From Gemmatimonadota bacterium (lineage in GTDB: Bacteria; Gemmatimonadota; Gemmatimonadetes; Longimicrobiales; RSA9): a stretch of 31,625 nucleotides of DNA. Positions 27,685 through 31,625 of this stretch are shown piece after piece. The DNA lies in assembly GCA_040905425.1 (NCBI GenBank), contig JBBDRO010000032.1, positions 1 to 31,625 of the forward strand, written 5' to 3'. The position numbers and the translations under genes are program-made. The notes beneath the pieces were generated by a model. The model was not told the origin of the DNA, ran no database searches, and saw only the letters and a list, made by a program, of their open reading frames with translations. Each line of letters starts with the position of its first letter. The stretch's first letter is position 1.

Positions 27685-27978
27685 TTGGCTCGTAAAAATG
27701 GTCAGAAGCGTAACAAGAACAGAGGTAATCCCACACTGGAGCGGGCGCGCGACGAACTGTACAGCGCAATCCGCCAGTGTGGTGTGATGGAAGTTCCCGT
27801 CGAGGAACAGGGCTCCTGGATGGACGAGACGCTGGAGTACATGCGTGAGCGCCATCCGGAACTGCTGCCGGCCGAGCTGGAGCAGCTCAAGCAACTCGGC
27901 ATGCGGTTCTGCATGCCCGTGATCCAGCACGGCAGAGATCATACGGCGGTATCGACCCAGGACGCAAACGCGGCCTGA
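27685..27978 (+). CDS. Small hypothetical protein (~97 aa)
   Basis: GGAGGT RBS (27674-27679) before GTG 27682/TTG 27685. Protein-like sequence ARKNGQKRNKNRGNPTLERARDELYSAIRQCGV…. No family recognised. Confidence 0.75.
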   Translation: MARKNGQKRNKNRGNPTLERARDELYSAIRQCGVMEVPVEEQGSWMDETLEYMRERHPELLPAELEQLKQLGMRFCMPVIQHGRDHTAVSTQDANAA

Positions 27979-27987
27979 ACCTGCGCG

Positions 27988-28024
27988 TGCGGCCGCCATC
28001 CCGTCGGCCGCGTTGTGCTTTTGT
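27988..28024 (+). terminator. Possible intrinsic terminator
   Basis: GCGGCCG…CGGCCGC stem followed by an interrupted T-rich tail (GTTGTGCTTTTG) just after the 27978 stop. Confidence 0.4.
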
Positions 28025-28090
28025 GCCCCGTCCGGGCGCAGGGACCGCTTCACCCGAAGCCCCTGCCGCGGCCGGGGCGCTGTGTAATTT

Positions 28091-29452
28091 ATGACACGCA
28101 CCATCCTCCTCATCGACGACGACCCCGAGGTGCTTGCCGTCCTGGGCCGCTTCTTCGAGAAGCGCGGGTGGGAGGTGTTGCGCGCGGCCGAGCCTGCCGG
28201 TGCCGCCGAGCTCTACGAGCGCGAGCGCCCCGATCTGGTCATCCTGGACCTGCAGCTGCCGGGCCTCTCCGGTCTCCGCCTGCTGGAGGTGCTGCGCGCG
28301 CGTGATCCGGACGCCACGGTGATCATGCTCACCGGCCACGCCGACGTGGAGACCGCGGTGGAGGCCATGCGGCTGGGCGCGGAGAATTTCCTCACCAAGC
28401 CGGTGGAGCTGGACCACCTGGAGGCGGCGGCCGATCGGGCCGCGGAGAAGGCCGAGCTGCGGCGCCGCAACCGCTTCTACGCAGAGCGGCAGGCGGAGGC
28501 CAGCGGGCTGGAAGCCCTGGGCTCCTCACCCGCCATGCGGGAGCTGGCGCAGCAGGTCCGGATGCTGGCGGACAGTGACACCACCGTGCTGCTCACCGGC
28601 GAGACCGGGACGGGCAAGGGCTTCGTGGCGCATCTCCTCCACAGCCTCTCGCCGCGGGCCGCGGCGCCCCTCGTGGAGCTGAACGCGGCCGGCCTCTCCG
28701 CCACCTTCCTGCACTCCGAGATGTTCGGCCACGAGAAGGGCGCGTACACCGACGCCCGCGAGCAGAAGCGCGGCCTCTTCGAGGTGGCGCACAAGGGCAC
28801 CTTCTTCCTGGACGAGGTGGGAGACCTGGCCGCCGAGCTCCAGCCCAAGCTGCTCAAGGCGCTGGAGGGCCACAGCTTCAGGCGCCTGGGGGGGACCAAG
28901 GAGATCGAGGTGGACGTGCGCCTGGTGGCGGCCACCAATCGCGACCTGGAGGCGCTGGTCAAGGCCGGCCGCTTCCGGGAGGACCTCTACTACCGGCTGG
29001 CGGTCCTGCCGCTCCGCATGCCGCCGCTGCGCGAGCGCGGCCGTGGGGAGATCGCGGAGCTCACGCTGCGCATCCTGGCGGAGCTGCGCCGGCGCACGGA
29101 GCGCGGTCCCACAGGCATCACCAATGAGGCCCTGGACGTGCTGGCGCGCCACCCGTGGCCTGGCAACATCCGTGAGCTGCGCAACGTGCTGGAGCGGGTC
29201 ATCCTGCTGGCCGGCGGCGCGGAGGAGCTGGCCCCGGCCCACCTGCCGGCCGAGCTCCGGGGCACCGAGGGTGTGGGCGCGCCCACCGACGACGTGGCCC
29301 TCTCCCTGGCCGAGCTGGAGCGCCGCCACATTGCCCGCGTGCTGGCGCATCACGAGGGCAATCGCTCGCAGTCGGCCCGCACCCTGGGGATCTCGCGCGC
29401 CACCCTCTACGACAGGCTGGCCCGCTACGACCTGGCGGACGTGGGACGCTGA
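28091..29452 (+). CDS. NtrC/AtoC-family sigma-54-dependent response regulator (REC-AAA+-Fis HTH)
   Basis: REC 'LIDDD…ILDL…KP', Walker A 'GETGTGKG', 'SEMFGHEKGAYTDA', 'FLDEVG', 'FREDLYYRL', 'WPGNIRELRN', HTH 'ARTLGISRATLY'. Confidence 0.95.
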   Translation: MTRTILLIDDDPEVLAVLGRFFEKRGWEVLRAAEPAGAAELYERERPDLVILDLQLPGLSGLRLLEVLRARDPDATVIMLTGHADVETAVEAMRLGAENFLTKPVELDHLEAAADRAAEKAELRRRNRFYAERQAEASGLEALGSSPAMRELAQQVRMLADSDTTVLLTGETGTGKGFVAHLLHSLSPRAAAPLVELNAAGLSATFLHSEMFGHEKGAYTDAREQKRGLFEVAHKGTFFLDEVGDLAAELQPKLLKALEGHSFRRLGGTKEIEVDVRLVAATNRDLEALVKAGRFREDLYYRLAVLPLRMPPLRERGRGEIAELTLRILAELRRRTERGPTGITNEALDVLARHPWPGNIRELRNVLERVILLAGGAEELAPAHLPAELRGTEGVGAPTDDVALSLAELERRHIARVLAHHEGNRSQSARTLGISRATLYDRLARYDLADVGR

Positions 29453-29662
29453 TGTCAAGCGACGTCCCCCGGAAACGCCCCGTGCGTCCGCTCCTTTCCG
29501 GACCGCGTCGGGACGCTGGAGTGGCGCTGGCCGCCGGCCTGCTCTATGTTGGCGCGCGGCGGCGCCGCGCCTCACGCGCGTGCGTGGCCACTCCACGACG
29601 CTGTCTGTCCATCCCCTGACCACCACGACGCCGCGTCCGGAGGCGGCCGCGGAGGGTGCCCC

Positions 29663-30787
29663 ATGACGAAGCGACGCGATTTCTTCCGCATGGCGGGTGC
29701 CGGCCTGGGCGCCGCCGGGCTGGGTGCGTTTCCCTTCGCCGGGCTGGCGCGGGGGGCGCCGTTCGTGCACCGGGCCCGGGTGCCGCTCGTGGCCGTGGCC
29801 AGCGGCAACGGGCTGGCGGCGGTGAATCGCGCCGTGGAAATCCTGCAGGGCGGCGGCGACACCCTGGAGGCGGTGGTGCGCGGCGTGAACCTCGTGGAGG
29901 AGGACCCCGCCGACATGTCCGTGGGCTACGGCGGCCTGCCCAACGCGGACGGGGTGGTGCAGCTGGACGCTTCGGTGATGCACGGCCCCACGCGCGGCGC
30001 GGGTGCGGTGGGCGCCCTGGAAGGGGTGCGCACGCCCTCGCTCGTGGCGGTGGCCGTGATGCGCTACACCGACCACGTCTTCCTGGTGGGGGACGGCGCG
30101 CGCCGCTTCGCGCGGCAGATGGGCTTCGACGCCGACCAGGAGCTGCTCACCAAGGAGTCCCGCCTGACCTACCTGCGCTGGCGGGCCGAGCTGTCCGACC
30201 GGGATGACTGGCTGGTGCCCGATGAGTCGGGCGAGTCGGTGACGGACTTCATCCTGGACTTCACCCGGAGTGGCGGACGGGATTCGGAGGCCATCCAGCA
30301 GGCGGTGCTGGACGCCCACGACGGCGTGCGACCCATGGGCACGATCAACTGCAACGCCGTGGACGCGGCCGGCAATCTGTCCGGCGTGACCACCACCAGC
30401 GGCCTCTTCTACAAGGTGCCGGGCCGGGTGGGGGATTCGCCGCTCATCGGCGCCGGGCTCTACACGGACAATGACGTGGGCTCGGCGGGTTCGACCGGCC
30501 GCGGCGAGGCGGTCATCAAGACGTGCGGCGCCCACACGGTGGTGGAGCTCATGCGCGGCGGCGCCAGCCCCACCGACGCCTGCCTGGAGGCGCTGCGGCG
30601 CATCGTCCGCTGGACGGTGGAGCCGCGCCTGCTCGGTGAGGATGGGCGGCCCGACTTCAACGTGAACTTCTACGCCGTGAACAAGCGCGGCGAGTACGGC
30701 GGGGCCTCGCTCAGGCCCTCGAGCTATGCCGTCAACGTGGATGGCCGCGGTGAAAGGCGCGATTCCGCGTATCTCTTCGAACGTTGA
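29663..30787 (+). CDS. Tat-exported Ntn-hydrolase, N4-(beta-N-acetylglucosaminyl)-L-asparaginase / asparaginase-2 family
   Basis: Twin-arginine 'KRRDFF', 'SVGYGGLPN', 'LDASVMHG', autoproteolytic 'GTI', 'TTTSGL..KVPGRVGDSPLIGAG', 'STGRGE'. GGAGG RBS. Confidence 0.92.
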   Translation: MTKRRDFFRMAGAGLGAAGLGAFPFAGLARGAPFVHRARVPLVAVASGNGLAAVNRAVEILQGGGDTLEAVVRGVNLVEEDPADMSVGYGGLPNADGVVQLDASVMHGPTRGAGAVGALEGVRTPSLVAVAVMRYTDHVFLVGDGARRFARQMGFDADQELLTKESRLTYLRWRAELSDRDDWLVPDESGESVTDFILDFTRSGGRDSEAIQQAVLDAHDGVRPMGTINCNAVDAAGNLSGVTTTSGLFYKVPGRVGDSPLIGAGLYTDNDVGSAGSTGRGEAVIKTCGAHTVVELMRGGASPTDACLEALRRIVRWTVEPRLLGEDGRPDFNVNFYAVNKRGEYGGASLRPSSYAVNVDGRGERRDSAYLFER

Positions 30788-30877
30788 GCGCCCGCCGCGT
30801 GGACGCGGCGGTCCTGCAGGTTTCTTGCGATGCGTCCCCGGGCCGATGGCGGCACCGGGACCACTACGAGGGAGGTC

Positions 30878-31625
30878 ATGATGGCCGCCAGGTCGAAGTC
30901 GGGGAGCGCCAGGAAGAGTACCGCTAAGAAGAAGGCGGCTGCGAAGAAGAAGGCGCCGGCTAAGAAGAAGGCGCCGGCGAAGAAGAAGACGGCCGCCAGG
31001 AAGGCGCCCTCGAAGAAGAAGGCGGCGGCCAAGAAGGCGGCGCCGGCGAAGAAGAAGGCGGCTCCTAAGAAGAAGGCACCGGCGAAGAAGAAGGCACCGG
31101 CCAAGAAGAACGCGGCCGTCAAGAAGAAGGCGCCCTCGAAGAAGAAGGCGGCAGCCAAGAAGGCGGCGCCGGTGAAGAAGAAGGCGGCGGCCAAGAAGAA
31201 GGTGGCCGCGAAGAAGAAGGCGCCGGTGAAGAAGAAGGCGGCCGCGAAGAAGAAGGCGGCGTCGAAGAAGAAGTCTGCTGCGAAGAAGTCCCCGAAGAGG
31301 AAGTCCACCGTGACGAAGAAGTCGGCCAGTAAGAAGGCCACTAAGAAGACGGCCGCCAAGAAGAAGGCGGCGGCGACGAAGAAGGCCCCGGCGAAGAAGA
31401 AGGCCCCGGCGAAGAAGAAGGCGACGCCGAAGAAGAAGGCGCCTGCGAAGAAGATGGCCCCGGCGAAGAAGAAGGCGACGCCGAAGAAGAAGGCCCCGCC
31501 GAAGAAGAAGGCGGCGCCGAAGAAGAAGGCGCCTGCGAAGAAGAAGGCCCCGCCGAAGAAGAAGGCACCTGCCAAGAAGAAGGCGCCGGCCAAGAAGAAG
31601 GCGCCGGCCAAGAAGAAGGCGCCGG
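30878..31625 (+). CDS. Histone H1-like Lys/Ala/Pro-rich protein (runs off the window end)
   Basis: GGAGG RBS then ATG ATG GCC…; MMAARSKSGSARKSTAKKKAAAKKKAPAKKKAP… with no stop before the edge, so it is absent from the ORF track. Confidence 0.85.
   Translation, partial: MMAARSKSGSARKSTAKKKAAAKKKAPAKKKAPAKKKTAARKAPSKKKAAAKKAAPAKKKAAPKKKAPAKKKAPAKKNAAVKKKAPSKKKAAAKKAAPVKKKAAAKKKVAAKKKAPVKKKAAAKKKAASKKKSAAKKSPKRKSTVTKKSASKKATKKTAAKKKAAATKKAPAKKKAPAKKKATPKKKAPAKKMAPAKKKATPKKKAPPKKKAAPKKKAPAKKKAPPKKKAPAKKKAPAKKKAPAKKKAP
30920..31625 (+). repeat. Degenerate ~18-bp tandem repeat encoding (P/A)AKKKA
   Basis: Recurrent CCGGCGAAGAAGAAGGCG-like units. Confidence 0.9.

Noticed and set aside
30724..31611. 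295-aa Phe/Ala-rich minus-strand ORF
   Set aside because: Antisense shadow of the AAG-rich histone-like gene, which has the RBS on the plus strand.

Overview
GC-rich bacterial DNA (gene repertoire suggests Gemmatimonadota; inference). A ~15.6 kb island (2297-17933) sits between two convergent host genes. It holds a complete type I-E CRISPR-Cas system: cas3 transcribed divergently from cas8e-cas11-cas7-cas5-cas6e-cas1-cas2, followed by an array of 105 repeats and 104 spacers that ends abruptly in a truncated Schlafen/AlbA_2 gene. The main hidden signal is in the cas3-cas8e intergenic region. A degenerate two-repeat mini-array (5058-5146) keeps the repeat hairpin, including a compensatory base-pair change. 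Its single spacer matches a site 52 bp upstream (5035-5051, AAT PAM) in the divergent promoter region, with mismatches at guide positions 6, 9, 12 and from 18 onward. This looks like a CreR/CreA-type crRNA-like regulator that guides Cascade to repress its own locus. Two other observations fit an AA[G/T/C] PAM: the first base of the spacers (G50/T27/C25/A2) and a Cas1 lacking the C-terminal PAM-pocket tail. The flanks are host genes: a HEAT-repeat protein, an M14 peptidase-cyclophilin fusion, msrB, a PhzF-family gene, an ECF sigma/anti-sigma/2x DUF4097 module, two alpha/beta hydrolases, hydantoinase B, a sigma-54 response regulator, a Tat-exported glycosylasparaginase-like enzyme and a histone H1-like protein.
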